From positions 129,394,001-129,458,000 of the forward strand of contig OX597817.1 of the NCBI GenBank assembly GCA_951406725.2: a stretch of DNA of 64,000 nucleotides. Reading direction: 5' to 3'. A model generated the notes under the pieces. It did no database searches, had not been told where the DNA came from, and saw only the letters and a program-made list of their open reading frames with translations. A program made the translations under genes and the position numbers. Every line of letters begins with the position of its first letter. The first letter of the stretch is position 1. This DNA is from Octopus vulgaris. Its lineage: Eukaryota. This document shows, piece by piece, positions 41,814 through 56,355 of this stretch.

Positions 41814-42970
41814 AAGAGATATATTAGACGGGAGGGGTGTGTGTGTGTGAGTGTGGGTGTGTGCGAGCGTTTCTGAGTCAGAGAGTGTTTTGTGTGTATG
41901 TTTGTACATACACGCATACAAGCATGCATACAGGCATACGTGCATACATACATACATACATACATACATACATACATACATACATACATACATACATGCA
42001 TACATACATACATACATACATGCATGCATGCATGCATACATACATACATACATACATACATACATACATACATACATACATACATACATACATACACACA
42101 CCAGTGTCTGTATAGAATGTGATATCGTACCTCAGTGTCACAGTAGAATATATTCAGACTAATGCAAGGGAGATAATTCTAGTACTTGAATTATTTCCCT
42201 TTAATCATTGCTTATAATGCACAGCAAACTAATTTCTCCCACTTTATAAAATATTTTTATAACAAAACTAAAGAATTATGCTCTGATCCTTGCCATACTT
42301 TGGTCATAATATAATATAGATTTCAGAGCATGGAATATGATGTCGTACTACCGCAGTATTCTCATCTTGCTATAGACTTTATGCTGAAGTAGCGGGCACG
42401 GCACAAATTTACTGGTCTACTCCTCTTAAATGTAAAGAGATCCATTGAATTAAGTGCAGTTAACTGTTTGAAGGAACATAGCCACAGTGTAATCAGCGAA
42501 TTTTTTTATTTTTTATATTGAAGCTGACTTCAAGTACCTAATGGAATGGTTAGGGTAATCGGAAACCATTCCATTGAGTTCTTTTTGAGACACTAAAATA
42601 ATAATAGACAGGTTATCACCCACTCAAGCTTCTTTTCGAATGTATTAAATGTTTGGAGCGAAAAGGCATAAAGACCAACAAGTTTAACAAGTATGACTAT
42701 GTTACGATATACACTAGTTGAAACGATCACTAAAGTGAAACAACATTCCACTTTACTAAGATCATCCTCACTGCTGTCCACTGGACATGCAACGTAGGAA
42801 AGACGAAATAGCTTGATGTGTTACATTGACTTACCCCACATACAATACACAAGCAGGTGTTAGAGTGTACGGTGTGATTTTCAACAAGACATAGTATATC
42901 TGGCCACTTAGTTTCTTTGGCCTGCACAGACATGTGATTTGTCTCCTTGAACAGAGCTATGCAAGACTAA

Positions 42971-43413
42971 TCTATTATATAAAATCCGTTCTGTCTGTGT
43001 GTGTGTGTATGTGTGTCTTCTAGAATCTCGGGCATCCTCCATCTGATTGCGCTCAAATTTGATATGTAGATGCCGACGGTATCAGGGCGTGTATAAGTCT
43101 TGAGAAAATTACAAAAATCGATTCCAGGTGAGAATGCGATCGATAAAGCCGTGGGAACGTGCATTTGTACGCGCAAGTACATCAGCTGTGCAAAAGATTG
43201 ACATCGTCTTGCGAACCATCTGTCGAAATCCATAGAACTCCATTTGCGAGATTTTTTTGAACGGTTGGACAGGCAGTAGAGTCACTAGAACACATCTGGG
43301 TATATCAATGCTGTAACCATCGTCGCCAAAAGGAAAAACATTTCCTGCCATTCAAGGATAATGTCACGCTTTGTCACTCAGCACCGTCCATTGGACGGGG
43401 AGCGTTTTGCTCG
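42971..43413 (+). mobile_element. Non-autonomous Helitron-like element
   Basis: Starts A|TCTATTATATAAAA. Ends with the hairpin CCGTCC-att-GGACGG about 11 nt before CTCG|T (CTRR-like). Confidence 0.55.
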
Positions 43414-43739
43414 TAATTTATAATACCAACATTAATGAAAAACAGCAGTATCTTTCTCATAATCTGGCCACTTCAAGTAAATCAAAGCTATATGAAAATT
43501 TCAACGATAAATTTTCCTCATTTGATAAAGCATAGATTTGAAGACGAAAACAGCAAGTAGCTGCATTAACCCAAATCATGTATTTAGAAAGACAAAAAGA
43601 AATCCTTTGAAAAATTATAAGATTATATAAAAATAGCTAAACCACAATTTATATAATTTCTGGTGGGTGTAAGGAGTGGGAAATTCTAAAATTTCGATCA
43701 TATATACTTCGACAGAGTAGGAATATAATGATATAAAAT

Positions 43740-44337
43740 TTTGGCACAAGTCCAGCAATTTCCCGGGAGAGGGTAAGCCAATTTACATCGACCCTAGTGT
43801 TCAACTGGTACTTATTTTATCGAACCCGAAGGGATGAAAAGCGAAGTCGAACTCGGCAGAATTTTAACTCAGAGCATAGAAAGGAACGAAATCTCACTAG
43901 GTATTGTACCCCCATGCATTGTGCCACAAGGCGTGCTAACGATTCTTATTTCTTTATTGCCCACAAGGGGTTAAACATAGAGGGGACAAACAAGGACAAA
44001 GGGATCAAGTCGATTACATCGACCCCTGTGAGTAACTGGTACTTAATTTATCGACCCCGAAAATATGAAAGGCAAAGTCGACCTCGGCAGAATTTGAACT
44101 AGGGAACGTAACGGCAGACGAAATGCGGCTAAACACAGAGGGGACAAACAAGAACAGACAAACGGATTAAGTCGATTATATCGACCCCAGTGCGTAACTG
44201 GTACTTATTTAATCGACCCCGAAATGATGAAAGGCAAAGTCGACCTCGGCGGAATTTGAACTCAGAACGTAACGGCAGACGAAATACGGCTACGCATTTC
44301 GCCCGGCGTGCTAACGTTTCTGCCAGCTCACCGCCTT
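43740..44337 (-). mobile_element. CORE-like SINE multimer
   Basis: Three tandem units. Head on the minus strand GGCGGTGAGCTGGCAGAAACGTTAGCACGCCGGG. Confidence 0.85.
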
Positions 44338-44681
44338 AGAGTGTGAATATAATTGATATAAAAATAAATGTGAACAGGGTGAAAAACATGGAGGTATTCG
44401 ATGAGGAGGTCATGGATGTAAAAAGAAAGGTAGAGAATAAGAAATGGAACGTGATTAAAGAGCACTGATGTAGGGATGTTTGATATAACATGTTATTGAA
44501 GATGGATTAGCACAGTTCAGTATGAACTAACGAAATGTTAGACAGAGTCTGCCCACAATCCGGACGCCTACTATTCCTAATACTAGAAACTTGTACTTAA
44601 GTATGCATCCTTCAAGATTTTCGGTGCTGAGCTACATACCAATTCGCCGATATTCTTTGGATATATGTTTGTGTATGTGTA

Positions 44682-44718
<37 letters not shown>

Positions 44719-45913
44719 GTGTGTGTGTGCGTGCTTGTGTGTGCGCGCGTGTGTGTCTTTGTGCGAGGAAGAAGAGGAGATAATTAAGTAGTGGTGATCC
44801 CAAAACGAAGGTGTGAGTGCGAGTGAATAAGAGAGCATGTGCGTGCGTGTGGAAGAGGGCTGGTGACCTTGACGTGTGTGTGTGTGTATGTATAGGTGTG
44901 TGGATGTAGGGCTGGGAAGTGGTCAGTGGTAGTGTGAGCGTGGTGGTGTGATGTGGTGTTGTGTGGTATGGTGGTATAGGTTGTAGTGGTGTGTGGTGTG
45001 GTGTGATGTTGGGATGTGGGGGAGGCGAGAGTGGGGAAAGCAAGGGTGGGGTGCGGTTTAGGCTGAGGGTGGGGGTAGAGATGGGGTATGTGGGTAGGCT
45101 GAGGGTGGGAGTAGAGGTGGGGTATGTGGGAGTGGATGTAAGGGATGGGATAGATAGGGAAGGTGGGGTTGGATTGTGTAGGTTTGGGGTTACGAGGGAG
45201 GGGTAACGATGAAGGAAGAGGGGAAAGGGAGAAGGTGGGTGGGAGTGAAGAGAAGAGAGAAGGAGAAAAAGAGTGAAGAGAAGAAGTAGGAGTCGGAGCA
45301 AGACAGGAGAGGTAGGTGGGAGGAAGTAAGTGTGAGAGGGAGAACGGAGAGGGGGTGGAGGCTAGATGAAGAGGGGAGGAGAGTTGAGCCCATGTGGTGC
45401 AAAGGAGCGAAGAGGGAAGATTAATCCTTGCTCACTGCGAAAACGAGAGTCCGGATGGCCCTTGTGCAAGGAGGTGTGTGTGTGTTTGTGTGTGTGCGTG
45501 CGTGTGTAAGATAGAGAGTGTTGATATAGGTCTGTCTCCCACCAACTTTCACTTGGTCTTTGTTTTTGTTGGATCAAGGTGCTAGAGCTGAGAAGTCCTT
45601 TTGCTCACGTCTGTATAAGGATTTAAAACTATTAAAGAAAGCATAGCGATTGCCGGCTTTGAGCAATGTCACTACACGTGGTCTGTTGGCGATTTCTTCT
45701 TCTCCTTTTAGATGAAGAGCTTTGTTCGAAACGTTAAACTCTCTCCTTTGACCGAGCTTTAGATACACTTCTTTTGCCTGTCCACTCGTTGAAGCTGATA
45801 TAATTCTTGTGCCTGTCCTCACGTTGTTTTTATTCTTATTTTCGTTTTTTATCCGTTTATTTGAATTCATTGTGTGGGTATGTGTGTGTGTGGATGTGGA
45901 TGCATGTATGCAA

Positions 45914-45947
<34 letters not shown>

Positions 45948-46114
45948 ATGTGTGTGTTTGTGTGTGTGCGAGTGTGTGTCTTTCTGTTTGTATAATTGCC
46001 ACTGCGCAGATGTGTTTGTGTGTGAGTATACACACACACATATACAAAAATATATATATGTATATACATATATGTATGTATGTGTGTATATATATACACA
46101 GATATATATGTATG

Positions 46115-46170
<56 letters not shown>

Positions 46171-46423
46171 TGTATGTATGTATATATATATATCCATATG
46201 TGCGTGTGTGTGTGTTGGTGTGCGTGTGTGTGTGTTGGTGTGCGCGTGTGTATGAGTGTGCCACAGAGAAATGTGTTGATATTATTAAAAAATGACAGCT
46301 CCAGCTGTTGAATCTAGATGATTGATTCTATACATTATCTAAATCATTTTTTGTCTGTGTGTTTTCATTCTTCTAAAGTTTCCAGTTATGTATATGTTCC
46401 CTGTAGTTTTGACATATACCGCG

Positions 46424-46457
<34 letters not shown>

Positions 46458-46585
46458 TGTATGTATGTATGTATGTATGTATGTATGTATGTATGTATGT
46501 ATGTATGTATGTTTATATGTATGCATGTACGTATGTACGTACGAACTCACGTATATATATATATATATGTGTATGTATGCAATGC

Positions 46586-46845
46586 GCATAGCTTAGTGGT
46601 TAGGGCGTTGCACTCATAATTGCGAGATCGTAGGTTTCGATTCCCAGACCGGGCGTTGTGTTCTTGAGCAAAACACTTCATTTCACGTTGCTCTGTGATC
46701 ATTTCGACAGCTGACATGTGGCACAAGGTGCACCCGTACAGCTAATGTCGATTTGATGGAAGGCGCGAGCTTATGTGTACACAAACATTTGATTACTATA
46801 AACAAATCATCTCTGGTGGTTGTTCGGCAATTTCTAACGAGAGTC
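46586..46845 (+). mobile_element. tRNA-derived SINE
   Basis: TAGCTTAGTGGTTAGGGCG (A box), GTTTCGATTCCC (B box), TGTGTTCTTGAGCAAAACACTT. Confidence 0.7.
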
Positions 46846-46847
46846 CA

Positions 46848-46925
<78 letters not shown>

Positions 46926-47301
46926 ATCTGCATTTATGTCCATACGTCTGTGGGTATAATGTATATACTTTTCTTCTTCTTCTTCTTCTTCTTCATCTTC
47001 TTCTTCTTCTTCTTCTTCTTCTTCTTCTTCTTCTTCTTCTTCTTCTTCTTCACTGCCTCCTTCCTCAGCTACTACTGCTTAAACGATCAAAACTAAGAAC
47101 TTACCCCCCCCCATATCAAATATTCTTTTAGGACTGCTACAACCTACTACCTACTACCAAGCCTTCACAAGAGGAAAAGAGAGGAGGGATAAAAAAAAAG
47201 GAAAATGTCCCTATGGAAATACTTTAAAAAGAAACATTTCATTTAATTTTCCCACAACTTAATTGTTTTTCATGCTTTACTGTAAGGTGAAAAAGTCGCA
47301 A

Positions 47302-47333
<32 letters not shown>

Positions 47334-47837
47334 GAGAAGGAAATGGATATAATAACAATGGGAAACTCATGGTTTACGCTGGCATGTCTTTGATTAAATA
47401 GGTAACAAAGAAGTCGCGTATTGTCCTTGCCTTCAATACGTGGAGTAGATGAAACAGGGCCAACTGAAGAAGGGGAATAATCTTTATGTTGTATGTCTCG
47501 TTTCTCTGTTTGGTTTTTTTTCCGTTGTTCGAAAAAAAAGCTCGTTTCTATGTTTTTGTATTTATGTTTTCGTTTCTCATTGTGTTCAACGTTTTTCTGA
47601 TGTCCTGTACCTATATATACCCATATATATATACATATATATATAGGTATGTACATATATGTATGTATATAAGCATATATTTATATATTATTTATATTAT
47701 TTCTAAACCATACCCTGCTTTCATTACTTGTTTTAGGTGCCTTGTACGAGCAGGCATAAATCCTCTCGATCCCGTTCACCGTTGACTGTGTGGGACTCAG
47801 AAATGTAACAGCAGGAGAAAGAAAGAAAGAGATTGAC

Positions 47838-47961
<124 letters not shown>

Positions 47962-49629
47962 TAAGTGACAGAGATAGAGACAGACCGACAGCGGGACTGC
48001 ATCAGCTCCCGACTGGTACTCAGTACACCTGTGTAGACTGGAATAAAGTAAAATCACGTGCTCTGCTCAAGGACAGAAACACAACCTGCCGCCCGGTCCA
48101 GAGATTGAACTCACAATTTTATAATCGTGAGCTAAACACTCTAACCACTAGGCCAGATAAATCCACTCACACGACTTCTGTATCGCTGATACAAGATTAA
48201 ATAGAACTCTAAATTCTATAAGAAGTGATTATAAAGTTGGTAGCACCACAATCCGATACTTTCCCAACAGAGACGCCGTCAACTGCAATTCAGTTCAGAG
48301 AAATTGTTTCCCAGACTGTAAAAGTTTATGTCTCGGACAACAGTATAAAGTTTGTGAGTTAACATGCGTGTAGACACTGCATTCAATTAGAATAGGCCGA
48401 TCAAGTTGCCTAATGAAATCGATTATGCAACAATACAATTAGGAACAAAACAGTGTAGACACATGTAAGATTAAAATAGGTGAACAAATTTGATATATCC
48501 AAAAGAAAGTGTTAATCAGATAAGAATGTCTCTGACAGACTATGAGGATACTAAAGAGTGAACTTATCTCAGATTATGACATGAACCAGTAAAACACCCC
48601 AGCAGCCTCTACAATAAGATTCAGCTTCAATGTGAGAACTAATAAAATAATTAAGTATGTCAAAAGATGGCGCAGAAGAAACCTGCAACAGTTGATGGTT
48701 TTAGCGTAGTTTAAGCTGAACTGGATATATTTATCTGTAATAAAAGCATCTTGCTGAGCCTTCAAACTATATGATGAATAAAACTGAAAGAGTCAGAGTT
48801 GACTAAAATTAACAGGTTGGCACCCTGCAACTTTGTTAAGTTCATTGTAAAAACAGAGACGCACTTATCTCCCTCAACAGACCGACTTGAGACGAATATA
48901 AACAAACAAGAGAGTATAGAATGCATACTATCTAGAACATGCCGCGGTACACTGGTGTGACATGAACAATGCTAGGTGCGCTGCAGTGAAACCTGAATAT
49001 AATTTATCCCCTATGCTTTTAGTCATATATTTAGTTCAGATGTGCCGCCGAATTTTGAAAAGAATATAAGTGTATCGCAAGTGCAAAAAGGTTGCTAAGC
49101 ACTGATCTAAAATACCTAAAAGGATTCAAAATACGTTATACATGTATGATCTTAAAACGTACGCCAATACTCTAAGGTATGAATAAAAAAAAACGTAGGT
49201 ACGATTCTTTTCGTATTTATTATTATCATATAGATATATAGTTCCAAATATTAGAATTGTTTTAATTCTATCATATCCATTATATTAGTGTACTTATTAC
49301 ACATGTATCAACGATTGCTTATTTAATTCCACAAAATTCTTATTATTATACTCTTATAGTAAGATCGGTATATCCAAAAACGTTACACTGCTATATTTAA
49401 AATAATAAATAAATGCTCCCTTTTAAAGCCTAGCCAGGCTGGGCCCGGTTTCCCGGTTTCAATGGCGTATGTGTTCCCCAGCTGGACGGGACGCCAGTCC
49501 ATCGCAGCGTTACTCATTTTTGCCAGCTGAGTGGACTGGATCAACGTGAAATTAAGTGTTTTGCTCAAGAATACAACGCATCGCCCGGTCCAGGAATCGA
49601 AACCACAATCTTACGATCATGATGCTCTC

Positions 49630-49729
49630 NNNNNNNNNNNNNNNNNNNNNNNNNNNNNNNNNNNNNNNNNNNNNNNNNNNNNNNNNNNNNNNNNNNNNNN
49701 NNNNNNNNNNNNNNNNNNNNNNNNNNNNN
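49630..49729. other. Assembly gap (100 N)
   Basis: Run of N. Adjacency across it is unverified. Confidence 1.
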
Positions 49730-51040
49730 AGTCTAAGTTTGAGAAGAATTTCCCTCCATAAAATATTACGAACACTTCCTCGGGACTCGGCAGTGGGAAG
49801 CTATGTGAGATTAAGCAATCATTCAACCCCGTTGAAAAATTTGCACAAACACTTAGGTACTGCCCAGTCTGAGTGGCCCATTTTCTCGATTATCCCTAGA
49901 CTTTCAAGTCTTTCAAGTTCTTTATTTATCTGGTCTATTGCCGCGAACGGTACATTCCGTTTCGTCTTAAATATAGGTGTTGCAGTTTGTTTTACTGCAA
50001 TTTTTTCTTTCGTTTTTCGTGCAGCATCCCAGTTCCTCCGAGAAAACATCAGGAAATAACTGTTTTACTTTTCGTGTCAGACCCTCAGCCTCATTTGAAC
50101 CTTCGACTGAACCGTCTATATTTCAACACAAGTGGGTGTATTCCACAATTTGAACAATTCCATCCGCTCTATGCCGAATAGATTAACTGAATATTTTAGC
50201 GCATATATTTTTGCTACTTTCATTTGGTCATGAAATGTTACATTACACATAAATTGACCGACAAAGTACAATCTTTTGCCCGTAACACCATGTGCGACTT
50301 TTATAGGTTTAATTAATTTCGGCTTACCGACATACTTACAAGTTTCTTCATTTACAATGGTAATATCACTTCCAGTGTCTAACAGCATTTTTACTCTGAT
50401 ATTTTTAATTTTCGCATTTACGTATTTTCTCTTTGTTTTATTACCATTTTCTTTGTCAACTTGGTTTTATAGTGTGGTCTTATGTGTCCAATCTTTCCAC
50501 AACAGAAGCATTCCGCTTTCTTGAATGGACAGATTTTTCTCGGGTGTAGAATTCTACATGTAAAACGTTTTTTTTTTCTTTTCCTGATTCTTGTCCTGTT
50601 TGTACTGTATTTTAGTACACACTTGATTTCCATTCTGCCTATTTCGCTTTTATTTCATTTGGGAGCAATCTTTATGTTCAATTTTTTCTGTGTCGTGTCC
50701 TAAATTTACTATTCTTTCACACGCTTCTGATACTTGTTGAAAAGTTACAGCTTGATTTTTTTCAAGCTTAGCGAGGATTCTTGTTCTTATTTCTTCGTCT
50801 GATTCTACAGTTAGTGCCTGAGTAAATATCAGACGCTTGAACATATCTGGCGTTAATTCGCCCGGCTTAAACTTTTCACATTCTCTGTTAACTCTGTAGT
50901 TCTCCTCGTTGTTCTTTTCTAGGTTCAAACATTTCCAACGTGTATTGAACAACGAGCATTCCTCACTAAAAATTTTACACAATATGTCTATTGTATCTTT
51001 TAAAGTTTATGTCAGAAGGATTTTTTTTCGGCAGTACGTA
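49730..51040 (-). mobile_element. Degenerate Ty3/Gypsy gag-protease fragment
   Basis: SLFNTRWKCLNL (gag), CPFKKAECFCCGKIGH (zinc knuckle), LLDTGSDITIV (aspartic protease), KRNVPFA..INKELERLESLGII..SDWA (pre-RT). Confidence 0.9.
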
Positions 51041-51639
51041 ATTGCTGAGGGTTGTTTATCACTTTTGACCAATGAGAAGGTTGATTGAGGTATGTGGGTA
51101 TTTCTGTGTGTATTTGGTGGGGAAGAGGGGGCGGTGATGGAAAGGGAGGAATGAATTGTAGTTATATGGGGATGGGGGTGTGGGTGGTGGTGATGGATTT
51201 ATTTTGACATGCAGTCTGCAGATGTAAGGGAAGGGGTTTGTTCGATGTCATTTAAGGCATGACTATCTCCAATGAAGTCTGAAGCAAACAGGTCAGCAGG
51301 TACAGCAACTACAGCCATCAGCTGTTTGAGTTTATTGTCTGAATTGATAAATGATATTTTATTAGGATGACCTAATAATTATTTCTGGTGGTAGAATGGT
51401 ATAGTGTATAGCATCCTAAATATTGACTGGTTTGTTTATTTGTTTATGTAGCCGGCATAATGAAATGGGAGCTTTTTTTTACATATTCAAAACATTTCCT
51501 GTAAACAAATTTAAAAGATATACACGTATATTTCTTTTATTCCTTTTGTGCGTTTCAGACATGTCGCTGTGGTCTTTCTGGAAGCACCACGTGATTTTGT
51601 GCCTTTTCCACAGACTATTTTTTTCTTTGGTTGATTTAT

Positions 51640-51800
51640 TCACACAAGACATTGACCCCGGTAAATTGACTGCTTTATCCACATGCTTGCAAGAATTTTG
51701 CGGTAAACAGGAAACACAATTATGTTGGTTTACTGCTCCATTTAGCTTAAACTGTGCTTCATCAGACCATAGTATCCTAGCCGTTTTATCACAGTTGCAC
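51640..51800 (-). mobile_element. Tc1/mariner-superfamily transposase fragment
   Basis: ILWSDEAQFKLNGAVNQHNC..VNLPG motif. Confidence 0.65.
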
Positions 51801-52411
51801 ACAATAACATCAAGAAGTCAAAAGAAAGTTTGCAATTTTTTAAATTTTTAATATAATGCCCGTTGTCTATTTCATACATCAACAAATCTTTCAGTATCAT
51901 ACGTTACCAACAGTAAAAATTATGGTCATTTTAAGACGTTTCCTTCTCAACTAAGTGGTTCCGGATTCAGTCCCACTACGGAGCACTTTAATTTGTGAGT
52001 GGATTTGGAAGATGGAAACTGAAGGTAGTCTGTCATATATGTATATATTTATGTGTGTATGTCTTTGTGTCCGTATTTGTATCCCACTGCCTCTTGACCA
52101 CTAGTGTTGAGGTGTTTATATCCCCGAAACTTAGCAGTTTGGCTATAATCAAACGATAGAGTAAGACTAGGTTTTTTAAAAATAAGTCCAGGGGTCGATT
52201 TGTTCTACTTAAACCCTTGAAGGTGGTGCTCCAGAATAAAAGCAGTCATATGACTGATATAAGTAAAATATAAAAAGGGAAAAGCCGGTCACATGGCAAA
52301 AAGGTTAGAAGAAACAGACATCAATCCTTGATGTCTGAATAAATTTAAACATAAGTGACTCTATTGTTCAACATATAGCCAGACGCAAATTAAAATTTTT
52401 TTTTTTTTCAG

Positions 52412-52471
52412 ATTCTTACGAAAATTTTCATAGGAAGATGCATGATTTTGGAGGTGATGACACATCTGAAG
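52412..52471 (+). CDS. Microexon A (60 nt, phase 1-1) of an acidic repeat-protein gene: (D)SYENFHRKMHDFGGDDTSE
   Basis: T13-CAG acceptor, GAAG|GTAATG donor, length a multiple of 3, open frame, homologous to four downstream exons. Confidence 0.7.
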
Positions 52472-54080
52472 GTAATGATGGTTAAATCTCGACATATTAC
52501 ATTTCCTGCTAAACTAACATAGCTAGAAAAAGCCTCTCAAATGACAGAACTGTTAGAGTATCAGAAAAAATATTATTTGCAGCATTTCTTTCACATATTT
52601 ACGACGTACGTTCATCGTCGTTTTATTCCGTTTGCTCGGGGCAAAATATATAAACCGGATCTGTCGCTATTCTCATTATCTCCTCATCTTCTCTCCGAAG
52701 GTGTGCGTCATATGATTTGATCTTAGCACAGAAAAGGTTTGCGAGTTGGGTTGCTTGCATAAATTTCCCTGAATGGCGTCTAACGAAAGCAACTAAAAGA
52801 AAACTTCGAAGTTTTTGTGAGCATATTTCTCGCAAAAATACGTTCAATAATCTACCGAAAGCTATTTTGTAATCCTTCACTTAATATTGATTATTTCATT
52901 TTATTATATAAGTGTACATATATGTGTACATGCTTGTATGTGTGTATGTATGTATGTATGTATGTATGTATGTATGTGTATCTTAAACTAATATGTTAGG
53001 GGTAACCAGATTTGAAGTTACGAAGTTACTTAAATAATGATTGTTGTTACCTAACCAATGTGTAAGTATATATGGTTTTGTACATATAGGTATGATCGCG
53101 GGTGGATGTACGGATGTATGTTTTTATTACACATATAAGCACGCAGGTGCGTGCTTGGATTTGTGTATATGTATATGCGAATATTCATTCATGGGTAGAT
53201 ATAAATATGGGTTTTATTTGTACGTATGAGTGCGCAGATATATATTTAAAAATATATATATATATGTGTGTGTGCGAAAGTTCCCTGACACAGTATAGGA
53301 AAGTGTATTAATATTTATGCGTATATACGGATGTGCGTGTGCGTGTGTGTGTTAATGTTAGACACTATGTGTTAATGCTGCCTGTACTGATATGTCTATA
53401 AGCAATACGATGACAGAAATGCACTCTCCAATTTATTGTAGAGATGTGTCGGGGTGTATTCATATGTGTGTACATGTGTGTGTGAATCTCTGTGTGGATG
53501 TATGGGTTTAGAGTTAGATGTGGATGTGTATATTTTGCTTGTACGGTGTGGTGGAGGTCGGGCGGTTCTCAATTGACCAACTGTGAGGAAGATAATGATA
53601 ATTTTAAATTCAAATCCAATAGTATATTTGTGCCATAAGGAAAATTATTAACTGGAACACGGACATACATATATTCTGCTCTGGATCATAATGTAAGAGT
53701 TATTAATAATATTATGAATGATAACAATGATAACATTAATTGTATTGACAACGATAATGATACTAACTTTAATGACACTTTGGAAACTATTATGAAGTAA
53801 TATAATGTACTATTGACTATGTATATTTACATCTAAGTATTAATTTGTGTATGTTTATTATCACAATATTAAGTCGAAAAACTGAGACATTGGGTGTGGA
53901 ACACATATATATGTTTACTAATTTATATTATTTATTTATATCATTATGTATATGTAAATTTTATTTTATATGTATAGGAGTGTGAGTATATACACTCATA
54001 TGTATATATATATATGGTGTATTGTGGGTACGCACCCACACCCATGTGGATATATGTGTAGACTGTGTTATATCATATAC

Positions 54081-54205
54081 TCTCCGAAGAGGCCTTGTGA
54101 TATTTTTGTTAATGTCTCATTTATATCTATATATTGACCAACCATAAAGGGCTAATATTGGTAAAATGAGACATAATTATCGACATGGCCGAAACAGCTG
54201 TAAGA
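54081..54205 (+). ncRNA. Variant hammerhead-like motif with ~100-nt stem II
   Basis: TCT-CCGAAGA-GGCC..(ATGTCTCATTT/AAATGAGACAT)..GGCC-GAAA-C-AGCT-G-TA-AGA. U4 is replaced by C. Confidence 0.5.
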
Positions 54206-54625
54206 TCTAATGTATACTTATATTTATATTTACTTGTATTTATATTCTTTTATATATATATTCTAATTATTATACAACATTACTCTTTTATGTACACTTT
54301 TTTATGTACATTCCTTTATGTACACTGATTTGTTCTGCTTTTTACATTTAACCCTACAGTCTCTTATGTGGTGGTTTAATAAAGTATCTGATTGAGTATT
54401 ATCTGGTAATTGATATTTTATTTAGTTGTATTTCTCCATTTTCTTATCTTGTATTAGTAATTTGTGGTAAATCATTTTACCTTTGCCCATATAATACAGT
54501 AAATGAAGTGATTGCATCGTAATCATTAACATTTATGTATTAACTTTGTTGGGTACTTCACTATCAGTATATTGGATATACGTTATCCCATAGAGGGTTG
54601 CATTTACAACCCCTATCTCAATTTG

Positions 54626-54665
<40 letters not shown>

Positions 54666-55209
54666 AGTGTGAATACAGACAATACATACTATATACGAGA
54701 TCAAAATAAGCAACTAGGATATCCAAAGGTAATGCAGTACGATCGTTTAAAACAACTTCATTTAATTGAACAATGCAATCATTACATCAATTTAAATGCA
54801 GAGAAATCCTCAGCTGTATAAAGACATAGAGTTTAATTAAATTAATACAGATTGACATATTAGTATGATTTTAACTAAAATCTCCAAGAAGGTAAGGACA
54901 TGGTCTTCATTTCAGCTTAGAAACTACTAAGGTATTAGGAAGAACGACTTTTACAGATTTTGCTTGTCACTGTTTTATGAGGTCAGTTTTAATTTATAGA
55001 CTAGAACCAACGATCTCGCAATCGTGAGTGCAGCACCCTAACCAGAAAGCCATATCTATATAAACTGTGGTAAGAAGCTCGCTTCCAGCACCATGGTCTC
55101 GGGCTCGGTTCCACTGCGTTGCATCTCAGGCATGTCTGTTCTACTATAGCCTCGGTCCAACCAAAGCCTTGTAAATGGGTTTGGTAGACGGAAAGTGAAA
55201 GAAGCCCGT

Positions 55210-55251
<42 letters not shown>

Positions 55252-55259
55252 TATATATG

Positions 55260-55338
<79 letters not shown>

Positions 55339-55590
55339 CAGTGTGTGTGTCTGTGTTTGTATTTGTTTCCCATCACCGATTTAAAACCGGTATTGGTGTG
55401 TTGGAAACTTAGCGGTTCAACCCAAGAGGCTGATAGAATAAGAACTGGGGTTTAAAAATATCTTTGTTCGACGAAAACCCTCCAATGCGGTCCTCCTGCA
55501 TGACCGCAATCAAATGACTGAAATAAATGAAAGAATAAAAGTATAAAAGAATGTGTGTGTGTGAGTGTGTGTGTATGTGTACATAACCAT

Positions 55591-55677
<87 letters not shown>

Positions 55678-55901
55678 CGTTTTAATACCGTTGTCGTGGT
55701 CAAGAGCGATTCACAGAAGGTCCACCACCTGCTTACGGCAAATGATTTCCAGGCTAGATTTCAAAAGTGGTGGGAACGCTGGGACCGGTGTATTGCTGCG
55801 CAAGGTGACTGTTTTGAAGGAAATTATATTAAAATTTAGGTAAATAAGTTATTTTCCATTAACAGATAATTAGTCACGGAACGCTTTAATACCAGTTCGT
55901 A
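55678..55901 (+). mobile_element. Mariner 3' fragment (left edge of the tandem duplication)
   Basis: Homologous to 57255-57477. Confidence 0.8.
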
Positions 55902-56153
55902 TACACACGCAGACGCACACGCAAACACACACATAAACGCGCGCGCTCACACACACACTTATATAACTGAAAAAATTATATATATATAAAATCATATATT
56001 TATATATAATTATATAAAGCGGTTGCGTAATCAAGTACCTGCACGCCTCGAGAACTTCGTTGCGTGGAAACAATTGTAGTGATTAAAAAATAAATGTCCA
56101 ATGGTACTCCTTGTTGACACCAATTTTTTCAGTTATCTTTTTACACACAACAG

Positions 56154-56204
56154 AATCCTCCGAAAATCTTTCTGATAATCATGGAGATGATGACTCATCT
56201 GAAG
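56154..56204 (+). CDS. Microexon B1 (51 nt, phase 1-1): (E)SSENLSDNHGDDDSSE
   Basis: CAG acceptor at 56151-56153, with an alternative in-frame TTTTTTCAG 21 nt upstream. GAAG|GTAATG donor. Confidence 0.7.
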
Positions 56205-56319
56205 GTAATGATTGTTAAATCTCGACATATTGCATTTCCTGCTAAACTAATATATTGTATCATATAGTTAAAAAAGGTTCGCACACTGGCAGAACTGTAT
56301 ATATATATATAGACACGCG

Positions 56320-56351
<32 letters not shown>

Positions 56352-56355
<4 letters not shown>

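Noticed and set aside
42593-42781. Minus ORF beginning DSSEDD, similar to the acidic repeat
   Set aside because: Opposite strand, and no shared splice sites or nucleotide homology.
48240-49095. Possible upstream phase-1 exons of the acidic-repeat gene (~48881-48946, ~49040-49090)
   Set aside because: Weak donors (GTACAC, GTTGCT) and no similarity to the array. A nearby VSDNSIKFVS motif suggests decayed Gypsy integrase, and the region is separated from the array by an assembly gap.
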